Shown: positions 99,502-113,100 of the stretch, piece after piece
How positions within the stretch are numbered: the first letter of the stretch is position 1
Layout: each line of letters opens with the position of its first letter
Assembly (NCBI GenBank): GCA_029953675.1
Contig: JAMWBK010000001.1
Location: 1,260,001-1,508,000 of the forward strand
Direction of reading: 5' to 3'
Length of the DNA stretch: 248,000 nt
From: Rhodosorus marinus CCMP1338
Taxonomy: Eukaryota; Plantae; Rhodophyta
Made by a program: the position numbers and the translations under genes
The notes under the pieces: model-generated
What the model was told of the DNA's origin: nothing
The model's database searches: none
Seen by the model: only the letters and a program-made list of their open reading frames with translations

Positions 99502-100743
99502 AACGATTGGAAGGTGTGAAAAACCGATTCCCCCACGAAACCCCCAAAAAGAGAACTTGTTCCCAACGTTTGCAACCAAAGAAAAACCACCACGACCTCC
99601 AAGGGGCGCTAGCAACCCCCAGCACGCACCACACCACTAGAAGATGCGGGGGAAAGGCTGCAGAAAGAAGCGCCTCCCACCAAAGAACACAATTGCGACT
99701 CAAAACCACCAAAAGCCAGCACCATACACCCTCACGAAACCGAAAACTCTCGCGCCTTCCAAGGCACTCCTCAGAATACGAGCTTTTCATCTTCTCTGAG
99801 CTCCTCCTGGGTAAATTCCGTGATCTCCGTGAACTCATCCTCGAAGAATTGGATGAGGTCGCAACCACGGGTTCCCCTGATCTTAGGCGTCTGTGGCAAA
99901 AGCCTCGTCCAGACGGCATCTGCAGTTCCCCCCTGCCTGTAATCGTACGGATCCAGGAGGATCAACCAAGACCGGCTGGGGTCCAGTTGCGCCCTCCACA
100001 TCGCAACGTCAAGTGCTGGGCCCTGCAGCGTAGATGAGAGGACTGCCATCACAAACCTGCCCCCCGTGGAGTTCGTGTCCAGCTCCTCACTCCAGGCGAT
100101 AGCATCGGCATAGTTGTGCAAGTTCAGGTACGCAAGTATCTGAAACTTTCATCTACCGAACGACGACTTGTCCCTTCTCTCCCCGAGAAGGGTTCAGGCA
100201 TCAACATTCTTAACCTCCGTGGCAAACCGCCACCCTCTCTTTCCTCCCTCGCCATTACGACAAAGAAAAAGAACTAACCTAATGCCTTTGCGATGAGACC
100301 ATGTTCCCCCCCCAAATTTTCGCCAGCACCGGTACCCCTTCTTTATTGAGCACTAACGCGCTGCGAACCTACAATTCATTAAGTACTCGATCGGTTAGTC
100401 CGCCGTAGTACGACGAGGATGGATCATCCAGATCAATCACGATACAACCGTCTGCGTTGCTACATACCGGGTATCTACTGGGCTTTACTAGGTATCTACT
100501 AACTACTTATGCTACTGCCTACTACCGCCAGTACCCGCTTAGGTCTGATCACGAATGACCTCACCTACCAACACCTGAGAACTGATATTCTATGCTCTGT
100601 CTGTAGCAAGAGGTGCAAAATCGAAACGACTCCAAACAGCATGAAGACTTGTCAGTTGCTGATACAGTTGCCATCCCGTCACATGGCCCTGAAACGTGTT
100701 GACGGAGGTAATCAACGTGAAACCCTAGAAAAGGAACAAGGCG

Positions 100744-103400
100744 TGTTGAATCAAGACACATATGTGTAGACTCTGAGGTGACTTAGAAGAGTCGGAGGAA
100801 ACCAAGCACGGTACCTATATAAGCCAAACTCACCGGCATACTAGTGAGGGATACTCCAAGACAAGAAACAAGAGACACAACAAGCGTCAACTCTGAGGTG
100901 ACTTCGGAGAGTTGGAGGAAACCAAGTGATACCCATATGAGCCAAACTCAACGCATCCTAGTCAGGGATACTCCGAGACAAGCAATAAGAGATGTAACAA
101001 GTAAGGACACAAATACCTGATTTTGTTAACAGGTTATCTGGGGTTAGGGTACAACGGTTTCATCACTGCCCAACATCAACTGGACTGTGGCAACGTCGGC
101101 ATGACGAAATCTGCAGAGAGCTGGCACGGTGGCTAAGGCGATGGAACTTCATGGACGTAGAGCAAGAACCTGAGGGGTACTTCGAGAACTACGGACTGCG
101201 ACCTGATATCGTTGCTAGGCATCCGAGGACCAAACAAAGGTATGCGCTGGATGTGACGGTGGTGTCACCATTACAGGGAAAATATTTGCGGCGGAGCCAA
101301 GATGATAGCGGATACGCGGCGAGAGCTGCGGAGAAGTGGAAAATCGCTCACTACAAAGAAGCGATGGTGATCGAGAAACCGGATGATAAGTTCATCCCGA
101401 TAGCGATAGAGACGTTTGGGCGTACGGGGCAAATGGCACAAGAGTTCCTCCGCGACAGCTGCAAACACCTACTGCACAGGAGTGAGGAGCTGAGAGACGT
101501 GAGATCCCAGATAAAACGGCAACTATGGCGAGGTAACGCAGAGATAGCATTAGGCGCTTTGCGCGTGGACCAGCTGGATTACTGGCATAGCCTGAAGCGC
101601 TACGCAAGGCGTGAAGATGAACAAATAACTAGGGAGGGAAGTATGCAACCCCAGGCGCCGATGGCGCGCCTCGGAAAGCATGTCGCTGGAATATCGCCAA
101701 AGGGAGACACTTAAACGCCTCAAGAGCGCCAAATATTCAGTAGGATGCTCAGCAAAACATTTCCGCAACCACTCTAAACCCGACTTATCGACGTGACCAA
101801 AGCTTTCCACAATGAATGGCTGGAACCGGTGAGAGCGACCCTCAGTGCAAGGCAGACTGGCCATGCTCTCAGCATACCGTCGTTCCTTAACTCTTCGAAG
101901 GGCTGAAGCCGCGGCCCCCCGGCGGCGGGCGGCTGCGGTGAGGTGGGCGCTGGCCACGGGGCAGGTAATCGCAAGGTCCACATATGTTGAGCGTCTGGCA
102001 GCAGCGTCAGAGACGAGGAGATCGGCTATACAACGGGGCGGTGCAGAGTCCGAGATTGATCTGGGCAGTTCCGACTCAACCTCAACCGTATGCCCTATTC
102101 GAGTCAAAAATTCGCTGAGGATGTACTTGAGGCGAGTGTGACGCCTCGTACGGAGACCTCGCAACAGTCCGCAGGAACCCAGGAAGTGGTAGCCACAAGC
102201 GTCAATCCGGCTCTCACATCCCTGACAGAAAGACGGCCGATTAGAGTGCCACGGAGCCTGTGGCAAACCGAGATAGATCCGTGCGGCAGAACGGAACTGG
102301 AAAGCATCGAGACGATGACTCAATGACGACGGTAGAGTGGTTAACCACAAGTGCGAGAGGTGGCCTCCCATGCCGCGGAGACGAGCGGCAGTGGTAGGCG
102401 GCGTGAGAGGAGAATTGAGCATGACTGTGTGAGCGGCACTGTGTTGGCCCCAGGTGAGGCTATGTTGACCAGCTGGAGAATCCGCTGGTGCCTGTTTTTT
102501 CTTTTGAACGTAGCATGAGACCCCGGTAGCGGGGTTCCAATAAGTTTCTCCCTAGATAGGATTAGACGTAGTGTTGCGCTGCAGTAGGCAGCTGCCCAGT
102601 AAAGCTTACGGTTACGTTAGTCTGGGGTTCCTAGTGAGGGATACTCCCAAACAAGCAATAAGAGATGTAACAAGTAAGGACACAGATACCTGATTTTGTT
102701 GACAGCTTATGGGCACAGCCTGGGTTTAAAAAAAAAAAAAGTCGCAAGAAGAATGGATTCGGTTGGATATTTTCTTAGATGTCCACCCAAAGTTGACAGG
102801 ACCGGATGACTATAACAATTGGAGAGCCAGCGTCACCAATGGATTCAAGCTGGGAGGTGTACATGAAGCCGTGTTGGGGCAGGAGGATAATGTGGACGAA
102901 CGAGTTCGAGCGGTGTCGCTGCTCAAATTGAACCTGGGAATTGAAGCTATGCTGATCGCAGAACAGCCCATAGACGCAAAAGAACCCATGGAAAAATTGG
103001 AAAAGAAACACGTCACGAAAACGATAGCGACCTTTGTGAATGTGAAACATGAACGGCAACCAAATTTCAACGAGGTACCATGAAAGGAACACTGGCCCAC
103101 GCCAGCCAACTTGGAGAAACAATCCACACGGACGTTTCGGACACTAAATATATCGAAAGGAGCAGAATATTGGCTCACCTTTACCGACGAGGTATCGAGA
103201 TTCACCACAATCTACGGAACAGAAGAAGAGCGACGTATCCCAGGTATTCGACGTATGCATGGCATATTTCGAACGCATAACTGGCCAAAAGGCAACCACC
103301 GCCAACTCAGCACAGGAGCAGAATACCTGGCTTTAATACCTACGGATGAAAGAAAATTCAAGAAGCTTGACATCACCCTGGACACAAGGTCTAGACACGA
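100744..103400 (+). mobile_element. Degenerate copia (LTR, PBS, gag, integrase remnant) with nested family C and A insertions
   Basis: LTR ..TTTTGTTGACA + GCTTATGGGCACAG PBS-like; gag PKLTGPDDYNNW; IHTDVS..YWLTFTDEVSRF; C RLE 101030-101580; A copy 101578-102465. Confidence 0.7.
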
Positions 103401-106400
103401 CGTCTTGAATTTTAACTACGTATGGTGTATTGGGTCTGGTTCTTGTAGAAATGTACAGTAGAGCCCCGACAAGTTCACGGTAAGGAAACTCCTCTTACCT
103501 TCAGGATTTTTCTGTCGGTATATAGTCCTTTGTCGTCTGCGTTGGCACAGGTTTGCTCTAGCTTATTCTGAACTCTTCGAGTATTTTCTCGATGTATGTC
103601 TTCTGCCCAAGAACATCATCCATTAACTTGGGGCAGAAGATATACATCGAGAAAATACTCGAAGAATGCAGAATGAGGGAGAGCAAACCGGTGCCAACGT
103701 CCATGACAAAGGGCTATATGCCGGCGGAAAAGTCTCGGACTGGTTAAGTTTTCTTCTGTAGACCCGTGCCCATACGCCGTCAGCCGTCTAGTGGCTGGGC
103801 GGTTCGTTCCAGCACCCTCGAGAATACCGCCTTGCGTATCGTCTCTCGGTGTCCGTGGCCTCCTCGGGGTTGTCAATTACTACCCGTAGACCTCTCAAGT
103901 CAAGAAAGGTCTCGGCCTGCAAAAAAAGCAACTTTCAGTATCTGAAAGACAAGATCTCCATTAAAAACGGAGGATAATTTGAACTGTCCTCTGGAGTCCC
104001 GACCAGTAATCAATCGTTACAGTTGCAGCTATTCGCAACTTGATGCATGCAAATTTTAGAGGCTGGTTACAAATATTTTTCTGGAGGGGGTTATGTTTGG
104101 TTAGTGGCTTGCCACGCCAGCTTACCGCGCTTTGCTCAGACTTTGCACCGCTTTCTGCTGCGGAGCAACCCCTTTTACTCCCCGAAATACACCGGAGGCT
104201 TTGTCTTCCACAGGCATTCGTGCTTCGGCTCTCGCTCATCGCCTGCTACCTCTGCTCATTGAGCGCTTTGGGCTTGTGGATTCCGTTGGTTTCTCGTTGG
104301 CTTCGGGAAGTGTTCCGCAAACACCCTGACCGTCTGTCCTCGTTGTTAACCCGTTAAGTTTCTTGCTGTAGCCTATGAACGCTACTTTGATGTTGGAGGC
104401 GCGTGATCTTCGCTGCGCTTCGTCCTTTTTTTCCTCTTCGTTTTTTTTTTTCAGCTCCCATTGAACCAATTCATTCATTCGATGTCTGGTACTACTACGC
104501 CCTGCGTAGTGTTTAAGGCTACGTTAGTACACTACTACTTTGCTGAGCATCCTACTGAATATTTGGCGCTCTTGAGGCGTTTAAGTGTCTCCCTTTGGCG
104601 ATATTCCAGCGACATGCTTTCCGAGGCGCGCCATCGGCGCCTGGGGTTGCATGCTTCCCTCCCTAGTTATTAGTTCATCTTCACGCCTTGCGTAGCGCTT
104701 CAGGCTATGCTAGTAAAGTCCAGTACACTACTAATACGTAGTGTTCTAAGTTCACAGGCAAACTCTGCCAAAGCTAACACGTGTCACATGCTAAATGAGC
104801 TTGCGTGGTGACCTTCAGAGCAACTTTGGATAAGGCAGGCTCTTTCCGTTCCTGCGCACCAAAAAAAAGCGGACCACGTCTTGACCCCCCAAAATTACAT
104901 CGGTATTAAGACTAGATGAAATTCGTTATTTCTGTCCACTTTCAAGAAATGGGCGGCGGCGAGTTGGACGTGGATTCCACTGCCAACTCCGAGGGGATAA
105001 AATAACTTTGATATAAGGTAATTAAACCAATTATATCTCTTTCGAGCTCGTTCTAACCTATTACCATCTGCTATGGCGCACCGAAGTATTAGATATCATT
105101 AAAGGGCATAAAATAAGTTTAATATAAACTTATTAGACCAAATATATTACTTATCTTTTATCTTCAACCAATTGAAATCTGTTACTCTTAAAATACTGGA
105201 CCGTTTAAAAAGCATTTTGATTGTTTTAAACAAGCTGTGGTTGAAATAATTTTAAGATCAGCTGAAGCTCTGTTACTCGGCTGCCCAGTTTCTGGTGAGG
105301 TGCTAGTGCAAACCCCGCCATCGTGCTAGGCTGGTCACGGAACTATCCTTGAAACTCTGACTCCGTACCAATGCTGCTCCGTTACTGTACCCCCCTTCAT
105401 CAGCATGGTCGTGTTTTTATGCTACTCAGAGCAGTTCGGCTGTGAATGATGAGGTCATAACACCGCCGTGGTACGTTTACACACGCGCGATCCAAATCAC
105501 CGCGTTAGCTCTTTAAATTCCGCTGTTGTGGGCCCTCTATTCGCTGAGGTTTTGCCGCTCTCATGCAGCCGTAGTTTTAAGAGGCCCGCTCTCTTGCATT
105601 TCGTCCTCTCACGCTATGTGGTAGCCATTCGGTGCTCAATTATTTCGCTAGTGCTCGATCGGGATATAAAGCGTCAGAAGCACACGATGGACCTGACAAA
105701 ACAACCAAAAATCCACTCCGCGTTGAAAAAAAACCAGAAATGAATGCGTTGCATCACGTTCGACCCGTCGCGACATTCGCAACAACGGCTGTCTCTCCTC
105801 CCCTCTCCCCCTTTTGCAAATTTGTGATTACTATGGTAAAACGTAACCATTTTACCAAAACGGAGAAGGCGGTAATCTTCGCAACTTTGGCCAACCTCCC
105901 TGGCTCAACCAGTACTACTCCCTGCTAACTTCCGAAATCTGGGACCCCCCAGGGAAGTTGTTTTGGTGGGCTTCACGACGGCCAAGGCTGGGATTTGTTT
106001 TTTTTCCTTTTTCCATGCCCACCATTTGAGTCTGGGACTCTACGAAATTCGTGATGGATTTTGTTTTGAGCGCCAGGGAGTGCTGTGGAAAAATCAAACA
106101 ATTTCGAAGGAGAGAGAAGTCAAACCACAACAAAAAAAAAAAAAAAAAACCTTCCGCGTTGTAAAGCCACGGTGTATTAAACTCCCAAACTACCCCACCT
106201 TTTCACCTCAACCCCACCCCACACCTACCTTTTCTAATAAATGAAGAAAAAGGTTTTCCTCAACCCTTAATTACGTATTGAAACACGAGCCGCCCTTGGG
106301 CTCACTGTAAAATATTCAAATTTGGTGCATTTTTTCTCTTGCTCATGGATGAATGCAGTTTTTGTAAAATAAAAACCAATAAATCCAAATCCCGCTGAAT

Positions 106401-107591
106401 TATTAGAGTAGTTTTAAATTTTGCAAATGTCCTTTGTCCGAAATATTTACCGTCATAGCGGGTTGTGTCTTATTACGACGTATGATCGTGGGAACATCGG
106501 CTATACAACACCCCGTTGGCCCAGTCAAGGTTGCTTCAAAACCTGGTTATGCCTTGTCTTGTAGTCGTTTTCTGTGTTTTCTACAACGACGGATGATCGC
106601 GGGAACATAGGCTATCCACCTTGCTGGCCCAGTCAAGATTGCTTAAAAAACCTGGTTGTTCATCATCAGTTTATCAGAGTGTTTTATCTTCTTTTTTTCT
106701 TCACCCAAGCTAGCTTTTGCCGTTCCAAACACGTCTTTAATGGAGAACTTGTCTTTCAGACACTGGCCGTTCCAGGCCCAGTTCTTTCTTGACTTCAGAG
106801 GTCTCGGGTAGTAATTGACAACCCTGAGGAGGCGACGGACACCGGGAGACGATACGTACGGCGGTATTCTCGAGGGTGCTGGAATGAACATGTGTATTGT
106901 TTTATATTCCTTTTTTCTTCACCCAAACTAACTCTTGGAGAAGAAGAATTCCCGATTGGCCGAGGACACTAGACTGGCTACCAGCACGATTCACCGGGGA
107001 AGTGTCTTTTCTTTCTGGAGGTTGAGATCTGTCTGTCGAACGTCGTGATAGAAGACAGCCACCGCAAGAGATAAATTTTTATTTAATTCATTATAGACAC
107101 TCTCTAGTACAATCGCATAATTTTTAACCATTGTGGAACGAACAAAAAAGGTTGAAAATTTCGATTGGGACCATATGGGAACATTGGCCAATACGCTTGT
107201 CCCCGGCCAATGGTTGTGGATTTTCCCTGACCTAGTCATGGCCGTATCTTATATAAAGATTAGATTACCTGGATTCGGCAAGAAGACACGTCCTTGTTGG
107301 CTAAATGCTCCATATGGATGTCTTTCGCTTCGTCGCCTCGGCTAGTCCCTCTTCCTTTCTCTTTTTTTTGAACTCGGGTGCGCTGGTAAGATCGTCTTAA
107401 CCATTCGTTCGGTAAGATCGTCTTCGGCAATGAAAAAACTACAACAATAAACATTAATATATATTTGTTTTTCTACAAGACGGAATATTGGGGAAGAGGC
107501 CAGGGGGGGGAGGGGTTAAGGTGGCATCTTTGGAGGGGATAATTCACGAAGGGGGAGGCAGAATGTTTTTTGTGTTCAGAAAATTTTTGAA

Positions 107592-107951
107592 TTTGCTCAT
107601 CAACAACGTTTGATAATGCATCAAAATGTTTTCGAGATATTTTTAATTTTCCGTGGGTTGCGTGTGTCTAGTTTTGTTGCAATTGGCTGATGCTGGGTGA
107701 AAGCCTCTACAGTTCCCTCTTTTTTCCTGGCCAGATGGTGGAATAGTAGTTATTTTTATACACAGAGACATCAACAACGTTTGATAATGCATCAAAATGT
107801 TTTCGAGATATTTTTAATTTTCCGTGGGTTGCGTGTGTCTAGTTTTGTTGCAATTGGCTGATGCTGGGTGAAAGCCTCTACAGTTCCCTCTTTTTTCCTG
107901 GCCAGATGGTGGAATAGTAGTTATTTTTATACACAGAGACATAAAAAACCG
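107592..107951. repeat. ~180-bp direct tandem duplication
   Basis: CATCAACAACGTTTGATAATGC..ACACAGAGA occurs twice. Confidence 0.85.
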
Positions 107952-109037
107952 GGGGTGGGTGGTAGAGGGGGTGCCGCTCCTCCTTCCATTATTTTCATCC
108001 ACTTTAATCTACTCTATTGCTGAGGACAAAAAACAACAACAAAAACACTTCAGTGTAAGTAACAAAATCTCACATTTCCACTGGCAATCTATGAGTAAAG
108101 ACGAGTAAACGTGAAAAGATACTCACCTTGGAACATCGGCCAACCTCTATGGCCCCGGCTCAGCCCCTTCCGGGGGCCGGGAAGGTTCGCCGATGTTCCG
108201 ATCGCGGTGTTTGTTATTTTAAAAATGAATCGATCGGAGTGGGATTTTGAGCGATGCTAAAGAGCTCGTTTGCTGGTTTGGGTGACGCTAGTAATGTCGC
108301 TTTAGGCTATGCTAGTAAAGCCATGTTGACAAAGCAGGTGTTTAGTACCTATTTCTAATGTCTCTTGTTGCTTTATCAACAAGTAATACGCCAGAACTAT
108401 GGCAACTCTGCTTTGGGAGGGGGGAGGGACTCGTTTACCACCTTCGGTAACTGTCGATGGGTTAATTTCCAGGATGCACCGAGGATATTCGACGCCCCTC
108501 TTCAACAAAGTCGCAGGTAACATACTTCCCTATATGGGCAACCACAGAAGATGAGTGTGTGGTTTTTTAAATTTTTTTTTTTCGAGTTTCGGTCGAGTAC
108601 GTTTCTGTAGCACCTCGTCGAAGTGAAGAAGGGGAAAAAACCAACAAAGTCCGAGCATGTAAATGTCAGGTTTGCACTTACTCACAAGTTTAATGTTTGC
108701 AACCGGACTGTGCCGCCAATGGTAGACAAAACAAGTAGGAAAAAAAAAAAGTTAAGAACCTGACCTTAAATCGGTCGCGGAGGGGGCTGGGAAACCCATG
108801 TCACGAATGCACCGGCTTTAGAAGAATGAGAACGGATTTTGAAGAGCATTCTCAAGATGGCTTATAAAGAGTTGTATCTTTGATTTCTACGACGGTGAGG
108901 GAGGGAGGGAGGGAAGAATGGGATTGCCCTATCGGACGAGTGGATGTTTTGAGGATTTTAGGAGGAGTTTCCAAGAGGGCCGTGAGACCACGGTAGGATA
109001 GAACTATGAGGATTTGAGTGCCGGGAGTCCGGGAAAC

Positions 109038-112000
109038 ATGGGGTGTAGGGTGTTGGTTGTGCTGGTGGTCGCTGCGGTGGCGCTGCAATATGCGGCGGTT
109101 GGAGGAGCGCTGACGCAAGTCGATTTTGAGGATGTTCCTGTCGCAGAGGGTATTCCTGGTCTACCTACTGACTTTGCGTTCATGCCTCCAGGTCAGACGG
109201 AGCGGATTCTGGTCACCGACTTTAGAGGCATGGTCCAAGTTGTTGTGAAGGGAGCGGTCCAGGAGAAATTGTTTCTGGACGAGAGGGTGTCCCAGGAGGA
109301 GCGGGACAATTTCATAGGCTACGGGAATTTTGGGGATAGAGGCATCGCACCAGAGTATCGGGCTGTCGCGGTAGATGCTGACTTTGAAAATTTTCCATAC
109401 GTGTACTTTGCGTACATCTACTATCCCGCAACTGTGGAAGGACCAGTACAAATTCCCATGCAAGGGTTTGTGAAGCGATATAGGGTGAGCCCTGACCTCT
109501 CAGAGGTCGATCGCAGCACGGGGAAGATCATTTTTGGAAACTACGTTAACGGAAACTGTTTGGAGGTTGACGTGAAGGAGGACAACTACTGTGTAACTCG
109601 TCCGCCACATAACATGTCCGGGTTGCTGTCAGACCCGAACGGCAGGCTTTGGATAACCACAGGGGACTCTGCGTTTGTGTACGACTCTGAACGACCCTTG
109701 GCAATGAGGTCTCAGGATCTTGACTCGCTGTACGGAAAAGTGCTGAGGGTAAATCGAAATGGATTAGGTCTGAAATCTAACCCGTATTACAACGGCGACT
109801 ACCGGGCCAACCGATCAAAGGTGATGGCTTTGGGGCTGCGAAACCCATGGAATATTCACTGGGACGACGCGCTCGGAACCGCGTGGGTGTCTGATGTTGG
109901 GGAAGCATCGCTTGAGGAATTTAATCTGGTCCGGCCGCGGTCGAACTTTGAGTGGCCGTGCTTTGAGTCGGAGCTCGATCGCTTTCAGTTTGGCATCTTC
110001 CCCGAATGTGCGGACATGCTCAATGACGTGCCACCATCGTCCGGCGCCGTGTATACGGGGACGAGAGCCGGTCCGGCGTTCAGCTACTCGCACCGGGAGG
110101 GTAGTGCAAATACTGGTGTGGCTCCCGTGAACATTGAGGGATGGCCGGAAACTTTCAACCACGGCGTATATTTCTGCGATTACACTGGAAACTGGATACG
110201 GTACGTCAAAGTAGACGAACCTGGTGACGTGGTGTCGGAGGCTTTAGACTTTGCCACCGAGGTCCTCGGGCCTGTCAACATTAAAACAGGTAGCGACGGA
110301 TGTCTGTACTACCTGGCGCTAACTGCGAGCCAGTTAGGCAAGATCTGCTACAGGGAGGATAATTCACCGGCCGAGGTGGTTGGGATCGTACCCCCGAATG
110401 GGTTCGAGGGGGTGGCGCGGTCGGTCGTGGTTGAGGTGGCCGTAAGCAAGAAGGTGACGGCGGAGACGGCAGTAGCGGCTATAACTGTGGTGGAAACTGT
110501 ATCCGGGGAAGCTGTTGCCGGGTTTGTGGAGCACGATGGGACCAGGAACATTCTTACCTTCGTTCCAAACGACCTACTGAAGGAGGACACGATGTACACG
110601 GTGACGGTTTACGGGTTGATCGACCTGAAAGGTATCTTAATGAAGGGCGAGGAGACGAGTACATTCGTGACGGGTAGTGGTTTCGTGCAATATCTTTCCG
110701 ACCTTCCCCTGACCGTGGATCCAAAGCCGAGTCGAGTTGTGCGTGACATGGCGGAGGACGGCCGGACTCCCATCACAATCCGCGGGAAACGGTTCAGGAA
110801 AGGCTTGAGCTTCAGCCCTGTGGTACTGATAGATGTACAAGTCCCCGATGGATGTACGTCGATCGAAGGCTTCTACGGGATTGACGACATCTCTCGTAGG
110901 ATTGCGAGCGGTGCTGTTATATTTACGATTGCTGTCGACGGCACCTTTATCTACGACTCAACGGTGGATGGTCTCGGCATACCCAGTAGAAAGGTAGACC
111001 CCGAGTTTTACTTCAGGTTGCCGGTGGAGAGTGGAAGCACGGTGACTTTAAGAGGCGACTTTGGCGACCTCGATGACATAGAAGCGATTGAGAATCGTGG
111101 AGTGTGGGCTGATGCTGCCTTCCGCTGCGGGAACTTGGATTCCAGCGCCCCACAGGTCGAGTCGTTTGAGCCTGGTAACGGCGAAACCACATCGACCAAC
111201 CCCTTGATTCAGATCACATTCGACGAGGTCATGAACTATAACACGATCATTCAGGCGGTGAGCATCGAGTCGGTGGATGGGCGTCGTATCCCGTGGCTCC
111301 CGGTGGAGAGTACCAACCCCCAAGTTTTCCTGCTCGCCGTGGAGGACCTAGAGTTCGACGAGACGTACATAGTGAGTATATCCAATGAGGCCACAGACGT
111401 TTCTGGAAACCGATTGGAGGAAGACATGCAGTGGTCATTTACCACGGAGGCGCCGCCAGCAAGTGGAGAGAAGGTCCAACTCGTGGAAGATCTGATACCT
111501 AAGAGCTTAACGGGCGGTGTATCTTTCGATGGATTCCCGAGGAGTTTAATCCCAGGGGTGCAAGTGCACCAGAATGGCCTTGGCATGCAGGCAAACGCCA
111601 AGGTCAGCTACGACCTGAGTGGCCTCTCTTGTACACGGCTGAAGGGGCTCGCGGGTAAAGACGCAGCTGCAGGAGGGGATTCTGGTGCTTGCCGGCTGCG
111701 AATTTTCAGCGGGGTGAGTGAGGAAACATCCCAGAGGCGTTTGAATCGGTACCCCCGCGCAGCTCAGCCGTCCCGGGGGCTAAGTGTTGGTGTGGAGGGG
111801 GATAAATATCTCGAGATTAGACTTTCCGCCGGGGGGGATGGCGGCGTCGCTAGGGATTTTTGCGACATCGTCCGACCTAGAGTGGAATGTGATGGTGTTG
111901 ATATCTACCTGACGTCACTCACGCCGTTGTCTGAGCGAGGGGTAGTTGAAAGGAACAAGAGCGCGTTGGGCTTGCCGCTGCAAATGTTCAGATCCTCAAT

Positions 112001-112838
112001 GACCTTCGAAACTGGGGTTGTTATCCCAGCCGGGGCGGAAGCGACGTATGAAATACCTGGCCGGTGCTCGACCGTGAGCTTCACAGTGGGAGCGGGCAAC
112101 GGAGCGGACTTTGGAGACACCGAGCTGGTGACAACTGTAGACGGAGAGGCGGTTTGCACGGATCAGAACTTTTTCCATCGCGACGGGGCGAGGACGTTCT
112201 CGTGCAGCGTGGAGGGAGGGAAGGAGTTGAGACTTCAGGCCGTCCGAGGGTCCACATCGGGCGCGATCGTCGTGGGCGAGGCACAACTGGATTGTGCCGT
112301 TGGAAGTCGGAAACCTGTGTGCGAGATATCGTCGCTCCCTGTCAGCTTCCGGGTCGGAGACACGATCGAGTACACAGGGAAAGCCTACCGCTTCAACGGA
112401 GAGGAACTGCTTGCGAGCGCTATTAGCTGGGATATCACGCTTGTCCACTGTGAGCCGGAATGTCACGACCATCCAGATACCAGAGTGGAGGGCAGGGAGA
112501 GCGGGAGCTACGACGTTCCCGATCATGGCGACTACTTCTTTATCAAGATTGACTGCATAGTGACGGACATGGGTGAGGTCTCTAAGACGTCGACAAGTGT
112601 GCTTCCGGAGACAGTTTCGGTTACGGTGGAATCAATACCAACAGGGAAGGTCGCCACCGTCGATGGCACAAACGGCGAGACACCGCTCTCGAAAACACTG
112701 GTCGTGGGCTCAACGATCACCGTGGACGCCAGTCCCATCGCTTTCGGCATTTGGTCACACGATAACACCCTCGCCCCAACTTTTAACTACTTTCTTGAGG
112801 ACGACACACCCGCCGTCTTCACCGCCAACTACAACTGA
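109038..112838 (+). CDS. Secreted multidomain GSDH/NPCBM protein, copy 3
   Basis: Same architecture; HNMSG variant. Confidence 0.8.
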   Translation: MGCRVLVVLVVAAVALQYAAVGGALTQVDFEDVPVAEGIPGLPTDFAFMPPGQTERILVTDFRGMVQVVVKGAVQEKLFLDERVSQEERDNFIGYGNFGDRGIAPEYRAVAVDADFENFPYVYFAYIYYPATVEGPVQIPMQGFVKRYRVSPDLSEVDRSTGKIIFGNYVNGNCLEVDVKEDNYCVTRPPHNMSGLLSDPNGRLWITTGDSAFVYDSERPLAMRSQDLDSLYGKVLRVNRNGLGLKSNPYYNGDYRANRSKVMALGLRNPWNIHWDDALGTAWVSDVGEASLEEFNLVRPRSNFEWPCFESELDRFQFGIFPECADMLNDVPPSSGAVYTGTRAGPAFSYSHREGSANTGVAPVNIEGWPETFNHGVYFCDYTGNWIRYVKVDEPGDVVSEALDFATEVLGPVNIKTGSDGCLYYLALTASQLGKICYREDNSPAEVVGIVPPNGFEGVARSVVVEVAVSKKVTAETAVAAITVVETVSGEAVAGFVEHDGTRNILTFVPNDLLKEDTMYTVTVYGLIDLKGILMKGEETSTFVTGSGFVQYLSDLPLTVDPKPSRVVRDMAEDGRTPITIRGKRFRKGLSFSPVVLIDVQVPDGCTSIEGFYGIDDISRRIASGAVIFTIAVDGTFIYDSTVDGLGIPSRKVDPEFYFRLPVESGSTVTLRGDFGDLDDIEAIENRGVWADAAFRCGNLDSSAPQVESFEPGNGETTSTNPLIQITFDEVMNYNTIIQAVSIESVDGRRIPWLPVESTNPQVFLLAVEDLEFDETYIVSISNEATDVSGNRLEEDMQWSFTTEAPPASGEKVQLVEDLIPKSLTGGVSFDGFPRSLIPGVQVHQNGLGMQANAKVSYDLSGLSCTRLKGLAGKDAAAGGDSGACRLRIFSGVSEETSQRRLNRYPRAAQPSRGLSVGVEGDKYLEIRLSAGGDGGVARDFCDIVRPRVECDGVDIYLTSLTPLSERGVVERNKSALGLPLQMFRSSMTFETGVVIPAGAEATYEIPGRCSTVSFTVGAGNGADFGDTELVTTVDGEAVCTDQNFFHRDGARTFSCSVEGGKELRLQAVRGSTSGAIVVGEAQLDCAVGSRKPVCEISSLPVSFRVGDTIEYTGKAYRFNGEELLASAISWDITLVHCEPECHDHPDTRVEGRESGSYDVPDHGDYFFIKIDCIVTDMGEVSKTSTSVLPETVSVTVESIPTGKVATVDGTNGETPLSKTLVVGSTITVDASPIAFGIWSHDNTLAPTFNYFLEDDTPAVFTANYN

Positions 112839-113100
112839 GGGCGCGAGGTCCCAATTCATTCAAGAACTTAATTGGATGAATTGTTGCCATTAAGGCTTGT
112901 GGTTGGATCACTCTTTCGTATTTATATTGATTAATGTGCATAATTCCAATTTACTGGTAAACTATTTGTAGATAGTTGCCCTATGGATGATATGATTGGT
113001 TATCCAAACTGTATTTGGTTTTAGATTTTACAAACAATAAACAATTGACTGCGTGTGTTGGAATGAATGAATTTTTAGGGTTGTCTCTAAAAGATCAAAG

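Larger units (their letters stand above)
95013..99753 (-). mobile_element. Full-length family B two-ORF RLE non-LTR retrotransposon
   Basis: 5' UTR, ORF1, ORF2 and tail; TSD CCTTCC; one 1-bp frameshift in a C-run near 97140. Confidence 0.92.
93760..100470 (-). mobile_element. Degenerate copia element split by a full-length family B insertion
   Basis: PBS TGGTCTCATCGC (100290-100301), gag (99771-100121), protease FWLDSGCTDH, RRLGHLG..CEDCTKAK, integrase remnant. Confidence 0.75.
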